Origin: a virus
Taxonomy: Duplodnaviria > Heunggongvirae > Uroviricota > Caudoviricetes
IMG/VR virus record: IMGVR_UViG_3300031994_000015
Span: 30,276-94,275 of that record
Direction: 5' to 3' (one strand)
Length of the DNA stretch: 64,000 nt
Under the pieces are notes generated by a model. It was not told the origin of the DNA. It saw only the letters and a program-made list of their open reading frames with translations, and did not search any database. Of the stretch, positions 18,552-28,002 are shown piece by piece; position 1 is the first letter of the stretch; the number at the start of each line of letters is the position of its first letter. The translations under genes and the position numbers were made by a program.

Positions 18552-19367
18552 ATGAACGGAATTATTGGAGCTATTGTAGGTAATAGTGTTGGTCAGTCTT
18601 ATGAAATTATTAAGACCCGTGATTACAATTTTAATATGATTTATGATAAGGGTAATGCAGCTGATGATTCAGTAGCTATTCTTGCTGTAGCTGATTGGCT
18701 TATGTCAACAAAGCATACTAAAGATGAGCTTATTGATAAGTTGCATTTCTGGTGTAATAAGTTCAATTATGGAATGTATAATTATGGAAATGCCGTAAAA
18801 TTTAAGGATTGGATACGTAATAAGGAACGTGAGCCATATAATTCTTATGGTAATGGTTCTGCAATGCGCGTTATTCCTGTTGGATTTTATGCTAAAAATA
18901 TTGATGAATGTCTTGAATTAGCTAAGGCATCTGCTGAGATTACACATAATCATCCTGAAGGAATTAAGGGAGCTCAAGCTATTGCAGCTGCTATATTTTT
19001 TATTCGCCAAGGTAAATCAAAGAGAGCTATTAAGAAATATGTTGAAGAGACATTTGGTTATAATTTAACTAAGTCTTATGATGCATTAAAGAGAACACAT
19101 AAATTTGAATGCACATGCCAAAATTCTGTTCCTGCTGCTTTAATTTGTTGGTTAGAATCTAAATCATTTGAAGATGCTATTCGTAAAGCTATTTCTCTTG
19201 GAGGAGATGCTGATACCGAAGGAGCTATTGCTGGAGCATTAGCAGCTGCTGATCCAAAGACACCAGTTGATGATGATTTGGTTCATGATGTAATTAGATT
19301 CTTTAGTATAGATTTTCTTGATTTATTGAATAAGTGGCATAAAAATGTAGAAAAGATTTATGAGTAG
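18552..19367 (+). CDS. ADP-ribosylglycohydrolase (DraG/ARH family)
   Basis: GAIVG, DDS, SYGNGSAMRV, THNHPEG, ISLGGDADT. Confidence 0.9.
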   Translation: MNGIIGAIVGNSVGQSYEIIKTRDYNFNMIYDKGNAADDSVAILAVADWLMSTKHTKDELIDKLHFWCNKFNYGMYNYGNAVKFKDWIRNKEREPYNSYGNGSAMRVIPVGFYAKNIDECLELAKASAEITHNHPEGIKGAQAIAAAIFFIRQGKSKRAIKKYVEETFGYNLTKSYDALKRTHKFECTCQNSVPAALICWLESKSFEDAIRKAISLGGDADTEGAIAGALAAADPKTPVDDDLVHDVIRFFSIDFLDLLNKWHKNVEKIYE

Positions 19368-19635
19368 AATTAGTCAAGCAATTTGTGTATGTTATGATGA
19401 TGATTTTTCTCCATTAAAAGAAAAATGGGAACGAGGATTTAGAATTGTTGATATGAAGCCTGTTGGTGCATATGATGAAACTTGTAAAAATTGGGATGAA
19501 TCAACAAGAAGAAAAATTAAATCATGTTGTTGGTTTTTAATGGAAAAAGAAATTGATGATCCTAAACTACAAACAAAACCTTTAATTAAAAATGATGAAA
19601 TAAAATCATCAATTATAACAGAATTAAATAAATAA
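19360..19635 (+). CDS. hypothetical protein
   Basis: ORF track. Confidence 0.7.
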   Translation: MSRISQAICVCYDDDFSPLKEKWERGFRIVDMKPVGAYDETCKNWDESTRRKIKSCCWFLMEKEIDDPKLQTKPLIKNDEIKSSIITELNK

Positions 19636-19643
19636 AATATAAA

Positions 19644-19931
19644 ATGAAAGATACAAGTAATTTAACAAAAAATCAATATATTAATGAAACAATAAAACTC
19701 ATCAATGATTTATTTGTTATCCAAAATGAAGATGATGAAAGTGTAATTTCTGAATGGTTAGATGTTTTTTATAAACATGCCAGACAAAGAGGATATGATG
19801 ATGGGTATTGTCATGGATTAGGTGAAGGATGTGATTATGATGGTCGTATGTATGAGGAAGTAGCCTATGAATGGGATGAAGAGAATGATGAGCCTGGTGA
19901 AAAAATAGATTATAAATGGGATTTAAAATAA
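19644..19931 (+). CDS. hypothetical acidic protein
   Basis: ORF track. Confidence 0.7.
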   Translation: MKDTSNLTKNQYINETIKLINDLFVIQNEDDESVISEWLDVFYKHARQRGYDDGYCHGLGEGCDYDGRMYEEVAYEWDEENDEPGEKIDYKWDLK

Positions 19932-19988
19932 GTTAAAATATTTTGAATTTTTTATATCAAATTAACTATATAATTTTATTATTAAATA

Positions 19989-20012
19989 CAAGGTAGAAAT
20001 ATTTCTATCTTG
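19989..20012 (+). promoter_or_regulatory. near-perfect 24-nt palindrome in dnaK leader
   Basis: CAAGGTAGAA-ATAT-TTCTATCTTG, one G:T. Confidence 0.5.
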
Positions 20013-20040
20013 AGCAACTAAAAATATTAACATAATAATT

Positions 20041-21999
20041 ATGAGCAACAAAGTTTTTGGAATTGACCTGGGAACAGGTTTTAGTGCTTGTGCCATTATT
20101 GAAGGTGGCAAGCCAGAAGTAATCGCTAATGGTGAAGGACATCGTACCACTCCTTCAGTAGTTTTTATTAAAGGCGATGAACGTAAAGTCGGTGATGCGG
20201 CTAAACGTGGTATGGTAATGAATCCTAAGAACACAGTATCATTTGTAAAGCGTTTTATGGGTGCTGATTGGAATGATGCTGATGTACAAAAAATGCTTAC
20301 TATGGTAACTTATGATGTTGTCAATAAGAATGGTAAGCCTTATATTAAGATTGACAACAAAGAATATTCTCCAGAAGAAATTTCCTCTTATATTCTTGCT
20401 GAAATGGCTAAAGTAGCTTCTGACTATTATGGTGAGGAAGTTAAGAAGGTTGTTATTACAGTTCCTGCATGGTTTAATGATGTTCAACGTAAAGCTACTA
20501 AGTTAGCTGGTGAACTTGCTGGTCTTGAAGTACTTCGTATTATAAATGAACCTACAGCCGCAATTCTTTCATCTGATATTGATACAACTAAAGGTGATAG
20601 AACAGTTATGGTAGCTGACTATGGTTGTGGTACTTTGGACTTCTCTATTTGTGAATGTTCAGATGGTATGATTGAGGTATTAGCATCTGATGGTGATGTA
20701 TTCCTTGGTGGTCAAAACTATGATAATAGAATTGTAGATTGGATGGCTGAGGAGTTTATGAAGGATCACCCAACTATTGACCTTCGTAAAGATCAAATGG
20801 CTTATGCTCGTTTGGTAGAAGCAGCTGAAAAAGCAAAATGTGAACTTTCTACTTCTATGCAAACTGAAATTAACCTTCCATATATTACTGTATTGGATGG
20901 TGCTCCACAAATGCTTATACTTACACTTACACGTGCTAAGTTTGAGTCATTAGTAGCTGATTTGAATAATAAAGTAGTTGAAATTGCTAAGCGTGCTCTT
21001 AATAAAGCTGGAAAGACTGCTTCAGAAATTAATGATATTCTTCTTGTAGGTGGTTCTTGTCGTATTCCATCTGTTCAAGATGCACTTAAAAATAACTTTG
21101 GTGATAAGCTTAACAAGACTGCTAATTTCGATGAAGCCGTTGCACTTGGTGCAGCTAAGCAAGCTAAAGCTATTGTAAACCCAGAAGATACTGATACATT
21201 ACTTCTTGATGTTACACCTATTACATTAGGTATTGAGGTTAATGGTAATATGATGGGTAAGCTTATTGAAGCTAATACTACAATTCCTTGTAAGAAATCA
21301 CAAGTATTTACTACTGCTGAGGATAATCAACCTGCTGTATCAATTGTAGTTCTTCAAGGTGAACGTCCAATGAGTAAAGATAATAAGCAAATTGGTATGT
21401 TTAATCTTGATGGTATTGCACCAGCTCGTCGTGGAGTTCCTCAAATCGAAGTAACATTTGATATTGATGCTAATGGTACACTTACCGTATCAGCTAAGGA
21501 CCTTGGTACTCAAAAAGAACAACATATTACTATTGATAATTCTAATTCTCTTTCACAAGAAGAAATTGATCGAATCAAGAAGGAAGCTGAAGAGCATAAG
21601 GAAGAGGATAATAAGAAGAAGGCAGAAATGGATAAGTTGAATGCCGCTGAAGGATATATCTATAATGTTGAGAAATCACTTAATGATGAGAATCTTAAAG
21701 ATAAGTTTACAGATGATGAACGTAAGCATCTTGAAGATTTAGTAGCTAAAGGTAAAGAAGCTATTGATAGTAAGAATAATGATAGTGTCTATGCTGCTAA
21801 GGATGAACTTCAAAAGGTATATGATCCAATCATTACTAAGATTTATCAAGCTAATGCACCTAAAGATGCAAATGGTAATCCAAAAGTAGATCCTAATTTC
21901 ATGAATCAATTTAATGATATGTTTGGTGGTGCAAGTGGATTTGCTGGAGGTCAAAATTTTGACCCATCACAATTTGCAACTGCAACCCCTAAGAATTAA
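20041..21999 (+). CDS. dnaK: Hsp70 chaperone DnaK
   Basis: GIDLGT, TTPSVV, TVPAWF, RIINEPTAA, LLLDVTPITLGIE, GVPQIEVTFDIDANG. Confidence 0.97.
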   Translation: MSNKVFGIDLGTGFSACAIIEGGKPEVIANGEGHRTTPSVVFIKGDERKVGDAAKRGMVMNPKNTVSFVKRFMGADWNDADVQKMLTMVTYDVVNKNGKPYIKIDNKEYSPEEISSYILAEMAKVASDYYGEEVKKVVITVPAWFNDVQRKATKLAGELAGLEVLRIINEPTAAILSSDIDTTKGDRTVMVADYGCGTLDFSICECSDGMIEVLASDGDVFLGGQNYDNRIVDWMAEEFMKDHPTIDLRKDQMAYARLVEAAEKAKCELSTSMQTEINLPYITVLDGAPQMLILTLTRAKFESLVADLNNKVVEIAKRALNKAGKTASEINDILLVGGSCRIPSVQDALKNNFGDKLNKTANFDEAVALGAAKQAKAIVNPEDTDTLLLDVTPITLGIEVNGNMMGKLIEANTTIPCKKSQVFTTAEDNQPAVSIVVLQGERPMSKDNKQIGMFNLDGIAPARRGVPQIEVTFDIDANGTLTVSAKDLGTQKEQHITIDNSNSLSQEEIDRIKKEAEEHKEEDNKKKAEMDKLNAAEGYIYNVEKSLNDENLKDKFTDDERKHLEDLVAKGKEAIDSKNNDSVYAAKDELQKVYDPIITKIYQANAPKDANGNPKVDPNFMNQFNDMFGGASGFAGGQNFDPSQFATATPKN

Positions 22000-22012
22000 A
22001 GAAACTCTCTAT

Positions 22013-22034
22013 GGAACTCTCATATGAGAGTTCC
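22013..22034 (+). terminator. hairpin after dnaK
   Basis: GGAACTCTC-ATAT-GAGAGTTCC perfect stem. Confidence 0.6.
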
Positions 22035-22072
22035 TAAAATATAAAAATATTCAATAATTGGAGGTAATTATT

Positions 22073-22507
22073 ATGACAAACGCTTTAGATTTTTTTGGTT
22101 CAAAAGACTTATTTGATTTTAGTTTTAATCCTATTAAAACTTTTTTAGGTGACTTTGTTCCATCAAACTTTACCAATTCCCCAAAGGTTAACGTAAAGGA
22201 AACTGATAAAGCTTATGAAATAGAAATTGCCAATCCTGGTTTTGGAAAAGATGACACTAAGATTGAAGTAAAAGATGGTGTAATCTATGTTTCTATGGAA
22301 TTAGAGACAGAATCCAAAGATGATGATAAATATCATGTACATCAATGGAAGAAATCATCTTATAACGAATCTTGGAATCTTCCAGAAAATGTTATTGAAG
22401 ACCAAATTACTGCTAAGCATGATAATGGTGTTTTAACCATTACTTTGCCAAAGAAGGAAGAAGATCCTCAAACAAAGAAAGAAACAAGGACAATTGAAAT
22501 TGAATAA
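22073..22507 (+). CDS. Hsp20/alpha-crystallin small heat shock protein
   Basis: PKVNVKET..YEIEIANPGF, LPENV..DQITAKHDNGVLTITLPK; GGAGG before ATG 22073. Confidence 0.92.
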   Translation: MTNALDFFGSKDLFDFSFNPIKTFLGDFVPSNFTNSPKVNVKETDKAYEIEIANPGFGKDDTKIEVKDGVIYVSMELETESKDDDKYHVHQWKKSSYNESWNLPENVIEDQITAKHDNGVLTITLPKKEEDPQTKKETRTIEIE

Positions 22508-22513
22508 GAGAGT

Positions 22514-22545
22514 AATGGGATGGGAGAAATCCCATCCCATTTTTT
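22514..22545 (+). terminator. intrinsic terminator
   Basis: AATGGGATGGGA/TCCCATCCCATT stem plus T run. Confidence 0.8.
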
Positions 22546-22562
22546 ATTTTAAATTTAAACTT

Positions 22563-22793
22563 ATGACAAAACAAGATATTAAAGAAGAATTATTATCTAT
22601 TATAGATCAACAAAAAGCATATATAAATCATAACAATAATGCTGCTCAAAAACTTGTTGGTAGAATGGATTCTGTGAATATGAGAGTTCTTTATGCATCA
22701 GCTAATGATATGCTTAGTAATTTAAATAAAAGACTTGAAGATGTAATTAAACAAATAGATAATGATGAAATTGAAATAAATCAATATAGATGA
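22563..22793 (+). CDS. hypothetical helical protein
   Basis: ATG 22563 downstream of terminator. Confidence 0.65.
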   Translation: MTKQDIKEELLSIIDQQKAYINHNNNAAQKLVGRMDSVNMRVLYASANDMLSNLNKRLEDVIKQIDNDEIEINQYR

Positions 22794-23887
22794 TGAATAA
22801 AGATTTATACGAAATATTAGGAGTTAGTCGAAATGCAACTGAAGACGAAATAAAGAAAGCATTTAGAAAACTCTCACTTCAATATCATCCAGATAGACAA
22901 GGTGGAAAATCAGAAGCAGAAAAAAAAGCAGCCGAAGAGAAATTCAAAGAAATTGGAGCGGCTTATGCTATTTTGTCTGACCCAGATAAGAAAGCTAAAT
23001 ATGATAGATTTGGTACTGTTGATGATAATATGATGAATGGTACTGGATTTAATTTTGATGATATATTTGGACACATGGAAGATATATTTGGTGGAATGTT
23101 TGGTAGTTCGAGAAGAACTTACAAAAAACAAACTCCACAAAATCACCCAGGTATGTCTGTCAAAATGCAAGTTGGAGTTTCTATTAAAGATATATTAAAT
23201 GGAAAAATTGACAAAGAAGTCAAATATGATTGTAAAGTAAGATGTCATACTTGTAATGGTGTTGGTGGAGATGGAATAAGTGATTGTCCTCATTGTCATG
23301 GAACTGGTATGATTACTGAAACTCAATATGGACCATTTGGTATGATTCAAAATAGCCATCCGTGTCAATATTGTGGAGCTTCTGGTAAAGTTATAAAGAA
23401 TAAATGTAAATCTTGTAATGGTACTGGATTTGAAGTAAAAGAAAAATCAATTCATGTATTTGCCAATTATCCTCGTAATGGACAAGAAATATTATTCAAA
23501 GGTATGGGATATGAGTCAAAGACACCAGGTATGCCTGCCGGAGATTTAATAGTTGTTTTGACATATGATTTTGATAGATCTAAATATATTATCAAACCTG
23601 ATGAAGGTGGATGTATGACAATATATGAAAAGGTTGATGTACCTTATTATGATGCTATTCTTGGTACTTCAAAACTTAAAGGAACTGATTTTAAGCATAA
23701 ATTAGAGAATGGAAAAGAAGTTTCTGTAAATATTCCTAAATATTGTCAAGAAGGTCAGCAAATAGATGTAGGTGGATCATATGGTGGACTTAAATATAAA
23801 TTGGTAGTTCATATCAAGATGCCTACATATATTAGAGATAGCGAAAGAGAATTATTGGAAAAAATAAAGAAAGAGAACTCAAAATAA
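22790..23887 (+). CDS. dnaJ: Hsp40 co-chaperone DnaJ
   Basis: J-domain with HPD, G/F region, four CxxCxGxG-type repeats. Confidence 0.95.
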   Translation: MMNKDLYEILGVSRNATEDEIKKAFRKLSLQYHPDRQGGKSEAEKKAAEEKFKEIGAAYAILSDPDKKAKYDRFGTVDDNMMNGTGFNFDDIFGHMEDIFGGMFGSSRRTYKKQTPQNHPGMSVKMQVGVSIKDILNGKIDKEVKYDCKVRCHTCNGVGGDGISDCPHCHGTGMITETQYGPFGMIQNSHPCQYCGASGKVIKNKCKSCNGTGFEVKEKSIHVFANYPRNGQEILFKGMGYESKTPGMPAGDLIVVLTYDFDRSKYIIKPDEGGCMTIYEKVDVPYYDAILGTSKLKGTDFKHKLENGKEVSVNIPKYCQEGQQIDVGGSYGGLKYKLVVHIKMPTYIRDSERELLEKIKKENSK

Positions 23888-23898
23888 TGAGTTCTCTT
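23871..23898. terminator. terminator between convergent dnaJ and LRR gene
   Basis: AAGAGAACTCA/TGAGTTCTCTT stem. Confidence 0.7.
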
Positions 23899-23906
23899 TT
23901 ATTTTA

Positions 23907-25079
23907 TTATTTTTCAACTTTAGTCCAATTATATTTACCTAAATAATAATTATCTGTTCCCATCCAAACATCATAACTAGTAGAACCCACAGGTACTGTT
24001 AATGTACCATTTGGTGCAATATCATAGAATGTGCTCTTATTTATTGTAGGTGCAATTGTTGCATTACATGTTATGTTTGTAAGTCTTGAACAACTAGCAA
24101 ATGCTTCATAGCCAATTGATGTTACCGAATCAGGTATAGTTATGCTTGTAAGTCTTGAACAACTAGCAAATGCTCTACCACCTATCGATGTTACAGAATT
24201 AGGTATAGTTATACTTGTAAGTCCAGTACAACCACCGAATACCCAGGCACCAATTGATGTCACCGAATTAGGTATAGTTATATTTGTAAGTCCAGTACAA
24301 TCACTGAATGCACCATCGCCAATTGATGTTACTGAATCAGGTATAGTTATGCTTGTAAGCCCAGAACATCTAGAGAATGCAGAATCACCAATTGATGTCA
24401 CTGAATTAGGTATAATTGTATTTTTACTACCTAAGTATAATTTATTAGTAGATGTTTCAATTATTGCATTGCAATTATTTCTTGAATCATATTTTTGATT
24501 ATCTGGGTGTACTTTAATATATCCGAATTCTTTGATTTGAAATCCTCCCTCATCATTACTAAATGCTCTACCTATGGTTAAAGAATTAATTGTATATACA
24601 CCTTCAAGGGCACTACTAGCAAAATTTTCAATAGAATTTCCTAAAATTATGGATGTAATATTTTTACAATCTTGAAACATAAATTTACCAACATCAGTAG
24701 GATCAGTTAATGTGTATAAAACTTTATGTTTACCTATTGTATTAAATGTATAATAATCAACGATTTCTTGTTGTTCAATTCCATCTATTTTCATAGAAGT
24801 AAATACCTCTGTATTTTCACCATTACCAGAACCACTAGAACCCATTTTATGATAAAGGTGAGTAGGTTCTTCAGTAGAAGTTACATTATATATACATAAT
24901 ACAACATTACCATCAATAAAATCTTCAACTTCTTCAACTGGTTCTACTTGTGTAGAAGAATTAATACTGTATTGAATATTTTCATCTGATAATATAACAT
25001 AAAGAGAATGTGTTCTTGCTATTTCTTGTATTTCTGAAATAAGAGAACCCCTCTTGTCAAAAAGATATTTTTTTCCCAT
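23907..25079 (-). CDS. BspA-type leucine-rich repeat (LRR_5) protein
   Basis: five 23-aa IPxSVTSIGxxAFxxCxxLTxI repeats; YDSRNNCNAIIET motif. Confidence 0.9.
   Translation of the reverse strand: MGKKYLFDKRGSLISEIQEIARTHSLYVILSDENIQYSINSSTQVEPVEEVEDFIDGNVVLCIYNVTSTEEPTHLYHKMGSSGSGNGENTEVFTSMKIDGIEQQEIVDYYTFNTIGKHKVLYTLTDPTDVGKFMFQDCKNITSIILGNSIENFASSALEGVYTINSLTIGRAFSNDEGGFQIKEFGYIKVHPDNQKYDSRNNCNAIIETSTNKLYLGSKNTIIPNSVTSIGDSAFSRCSGLTSITIPDSVTSIGDGAFSDCTGLTNITIPNSVTSIGAWVFGGCTGLTSITIPNSVTSIGGRAFASCSRLTSITIPDSVTSIGYEAFASCSRLTNITCNATIAPTINKSTFYDIAPNGTLTVPVGSTSYDVWMGTDNYYLGKYNWTKVEK
24073..24417 (-). repeat. about five 69-nt coding repeats (LRR units)
   Basis: repeat visible in DNA and protein; bounds approximate. 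Confidence 0.8.
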
Positions 25080-25130
25080 AAATATATTTTTGTTTTATTT
25101 AAAAATAATCTATAAATTATAAATATTTTT

Positions 25131-25158
25131 TTGAATTATATATAAAAATTACTATATT
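25131..25158 (+). promoter_or_regulatory. TTGAA-N16-CTATATT promoter motif
   Basis: exact copy. Confidence 0.75.
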
Positions 25159-25182
25159 ATATATGTAAAACAAATAAAAAAT

Positions 25183-25908
25183 ATGATAGTTACAAAGAAT
25201 TGGATCGCAAAGAATTACGCTAAGTTCAACGAACTCTATTTTAATGGAGCACTCCCACAGATTCAGTTTGTAGTTAATCGTTCTAAGCATTCATGGGGAA
25301 TGGCATATTTCAACTATGACTTTCCTAATGATACAATTATTCCAACTAAGATAGCTATCTCAAACTATTATGACTCTCCTGAGGAAGTCAAGATACAAAC
25401 TCTTCTCCATGAGATGATTCATATTGCAGATTACTTTTGGCACCCTGAGCATTTCATTAAGAATCATAAGAAAGTATCTAAGCGTTATTATGATGCTCAC
25501 GGATATTGGTTCAAAGATGAAGCTAAGCGCCTTACCAAGGAAAGTGGTTATAAAGTAGCTAACCATGTTACAAAAGAAGAGATGAATGCTTCTTCCCTTT
25601 CTGAAAAGTCAAAAGAAAATCTTCGTAGAAAGGAAAATAATGCATTGATTTGTGCAGTAACTGGAGATAATGGAGTTATTTTCTACTTCAAGACAGATTT
25701 CTATAAAGTAGATTATTTGAAGAAGACACTTCCAACTATCATTTGGTATAGGTTCAAGAATATCAAATCAGTTAAGTTCTATACATTTGATAGCCCTAGA
25801 TATGCAGCAATGAGGAGTTGTGAGACAAGACTTCGTGGTTGGCACACTAACAAGATGGGTTTGATGAATTTCTTGAAGAATATTAAAGCTACAGAAGTTT
25901 ATGTATAA
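25183..25908 (+). CDS. SprT-like zinc metalloprotease domain protein
   Basis: FNELYFNGALP, TLLHEMIH (HExxH), HGYWF. Confidence 0.8.
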   Translation: MIVTKNWIAKNYAKFNELYFNGALPQIQFVVNRSKHSWGMAYFNYDFPNDTIIPTKIAISNYYDSPEEVKIQTLLHEMIHIADYFWHPEHFIKNHKKVSKRYYDAHGYWFKDEAKRLTKESGYKVANHVTKEEMNASSLSEKSKENLRRKENNALICAVTGDNGVIFYFKTDFYKVDYLKKTLPTIIWYRFKNIKSVKFYTFDSPRYAAMRSCETRLRGWHTNKMGLMNFLKNIKATEVYV

Positions 25909-25924
25909 AAATTCTTAATAAAAT

Positions 25925-25952
25925 TTAAATTTTCTGAAAAATAAACTATATT
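25925..25952 (+). promoter_or_regulatory. promoter motif variant TTAAA-N16-CTATATT
   Basis: one mismatch, same spacing. Confidence 0.6.
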
Positions 25953-25975
25953 ATTAATTGTAAAACGACAGTAAT

Positions 25976-26320
25976 ATGAATAAGAATTTCAGTGATGTTC
26001 TATGCAATCAGGTAATTGATGTTGCATTAGTGGTGAAAGAAATTGAAGACACTCCAGTCTCTATCTCTCCAAACGCTTACCCAAATGTAAGCAAGTTTAT
26101 TAACCGAATCAATTCTGTTGTAGATTTTGTTCAGACATTGTTTACAGATTATGAATCTGGAAAGGTTAATGAGGAATTCGTAAATGACAAGATGGTTGAG
26201 CTCATGAATGCCCTTGTCAATTACAAGAACTCTTATAAAATACGTGGAATTGCTTATATCACTATGAACTCTCTGCTTGATATTGTTAAGGACTCATTTG
26301 TTGAACTTAATAGCAAGTAA
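25976..26320 (+). CDS. hypothetical protein
   Basis: ORF track. Confidence 0.75.
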   Translation: MNKNFSDVLCNQVIDVALVVKEIEDTPVSISPNAYPNVSKFINRINSVVDFVQTLFTDYESGKVNEEFVNDKMVELMNALVNYKNSYKIRGIAYITMNSLLDIVKDSFVELNSK

Positions 26321-26323
26321 ATC

Positions 26324-26791
26324 ATGAAAAAGTATGAATTGATCCGTGGTATTTTTAATATCATAATGCGTGAAGGTTATCATGACGATAAGCAGGATGC
26401 TATCAGTGAATATACACGTGATAAGTTTACAAATCCTGTGTATGTCAAGAAAATTAACATTGGTGAAGAGGCAGGCTTTGAATCGGTATCTGTAACTTCT
26501 TTGGATTACACATTTGATGATGTAGCTGATTGTGATATTCGTGTAGCAATTAATGATCGAAATATTGGTAAACGTGTAATTGCTTATATCAATGAACTTG
26601 ATTATAGTGATATTCAGAAAATTCATGATTGGCTTAAAGCAAAGTATTGTACATCTCTTGAAGAGAAAACCTATAATACTCTAATTAAAAACATAAATAG
26701 TCAGACTAGCAGAGATAATGTAACGGTTGATCGTAAAAGTCTCGAGTTTGTTCTCTGGTGCTTCAAGAAAGCTTATTTGGATAAGAACTAA
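26324..26791 (+). CDS. hypothetical protein
   Basis: ORF track. Confidence 0.75.
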   Translation: MKKYELIRGIFNIIMREGYHDDKQDAISEYTRDKFTNPVYVKKINIGEEAGFESVSVTSLDYTFDDVADCDIRVAINDRNIGKRVIAYINELDYSDIQKIHDWLKAKYCTSLEEKTYNTLIKNINSQTSRDNVTVDRKSLEFVLWCFKKAYLDKN

Positions 26792-26805
26792 TAAATTATA
26801 CTATT

Positions 26806-26988
26806 ATGTTAAAATATGTTACAGGTGGGCACTTGATTGAAAGTTTTGCAATCTTTCCTTGTGTAAGTTTGAATTGGATGCACAAAACGAATAGTACACC
26901 ATTATCATTGGAGTTCAATATTGCTTGGCTCTTTTGGTATATTTCAATCGGTAATGTAAAGAATAATTTAAAGAAAGCAGGATATTAA
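26806..26988 (+). CDS. small hypothetical protein
   Basis: ORF track. Confidence 0.65.
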   Translation: MLKYVTGGHLIESFAIFPCVSLNWMHKTNSTPLSLEFNIAWLFWYISIGNVKNNLKKAGY

Positions 26989-26989
26989 T

Positions 26990-27253
26990 ATGGTAGATTA
27001 TATCACAACAACTGGAAATATTATTCCTCCTAAAGATCGTAATGGTGTAAAGATTGAGCCAAATACTCATGTATTGTTTAAGAATGGAGGAGCGATTGGT
27101 ATTGGAAAGGTTCTTGGGTATACAAAGAACATGAAGTATGTATATGTAATTTCAAGTTCATTCTATAAGGTTGAACTTTATAAAAGAGAAGGAAAGAGTC
27201 TTATCGTTGGTAAGAATCTTGACACATGGAATAGTTCAAAATCTAATTGGTAA
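26990..27253 (+). CDS. hypothetical protein (SH3/KOW-like)
   Basis: KDRNGVKIEP..VLF..G.GKV pattern. Confidence 0.65.
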   Translation: MVDYITTTGNIIPPKDRNGVKIEPNTHVLFKNGGAIGIGKVLGYTKNMKYVYVISSSFYKVELYKREGKSLIVGKNLDTWNSSKSNW

Positions 27254-27258
27254 ATAAT

Positions 27259-27513
27259 ATGGGTTGGAAGATAAGTGAATTAGATAAGGCTAAGACAGAA
27301 CAGTCTATTGCTAATGAAGAGATTCGATTAGATCATTGTCATGAAGAGATAATGAAGCTCATAAATGAAGCTGATAGGTTACGTTCTAATTATGAACAGA
27401 AGTATAATTCATTATGTGAGCGAATCGACAAGATTAAGAAGTCTATTGAAGGTGGTGAACAATTTATTGAAGAGTGCAAGGAACACTTAAAGAATGATTT
27501 CAATGAAGATTAA
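27259..27513 (+). CDS. coiled-coil hypothetical protein
   Basis: ORF track. Confidence 0.7.
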   Translation: MGWKISELDKAKTEQSIANEEIRLDHCHEEIMKLINEADRLRSNYEQKYNSLCERIDKIKKSIEGGEQFIEECKEHLKNDFNED

Positions 27514-27778
27514 TAAATTGATTGACAAACGTCCTGGTAGTTGGCCATCTTATTATGATGAGAAAGATGTAGATGATTATTATGAGTATTTTATTAAAGG
27601 TACTAATATAAAACTAGGATTCACATATTTTGATAAAGAAACAAGAGAAGAGAATTTCTATTGTATTGTATGTGATGGATATGACCAAATGGATCGTTAT
27701 AATTCAGAAAAAAGTCTTTTTGAACATTTTGAATGGATGCTGACAAATGAAGAACTAATTTGGAGATATTACGAATGA
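27503..27778 (+). CDS. hypothetical protein
   Basis: ORF track. Confidence 0.7.
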   Translation: MKINKLIDKRPGSWPSYYDEKDVDDYYEYFIKGTNIKLGFTYFDKETREENFYCIVCDGYDQMDRYNSEKSLFEHFEWMLTNEELIWRYYE

Positions 27779-28002
27779 AACTACGAAAAGTTAATATAAA
27801 TTACAAAGTAGATGGTTGGGTAACAACTTGCAATACATGTGGGTCAGAATATGACTTTACTATGAAAGATACTATTTTGTCAAATGGAGAAAAGTATGTT
27901 CAATGTCCTAATTGTGGAGACTGGCATAAAGTTTCAGTTACACCACATAAATATAACCCATTGAACACAAACATATTAAACATGGATAACTTAAAAATAT
28001 AA
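27775..28002 (+). CDS. zinc-ribbon protein
   Basis: CNTCG...CPNCG; ATGA overlap. Confidence 0.7.
   Translation: MKLRKVNINYKVDGWVTTCNTCGSEYDFTMKDTILSNGEKYVQCPNCGDWHKVSVTPHKYNPLNTNILNMDNLKI

Noticed and set aside
19989-20012. CIRCE/HrcA operator upstream of dnaK
   Set aside because: Does not match TTAGCACTC-N9-GAGTGCTAA; kept only as an unexplained palindrome.
19962-21954. Antisense and alternate-frame ORFs within dnaK
   Set aside because: Shadow ORFs overlapping a clearly conserved gene; no start context.
22563-22793. GrpE between hsp20 and dnaJ
   Set aside because: Too short (76 aa) and lacks the GrpE beta-domain motifs.
24142-24498. Repetitive + strand ORF (PIDVTELGIV repeats)
   Set aside because: Antisense shadow of the LRR repeats in 23907..25079.
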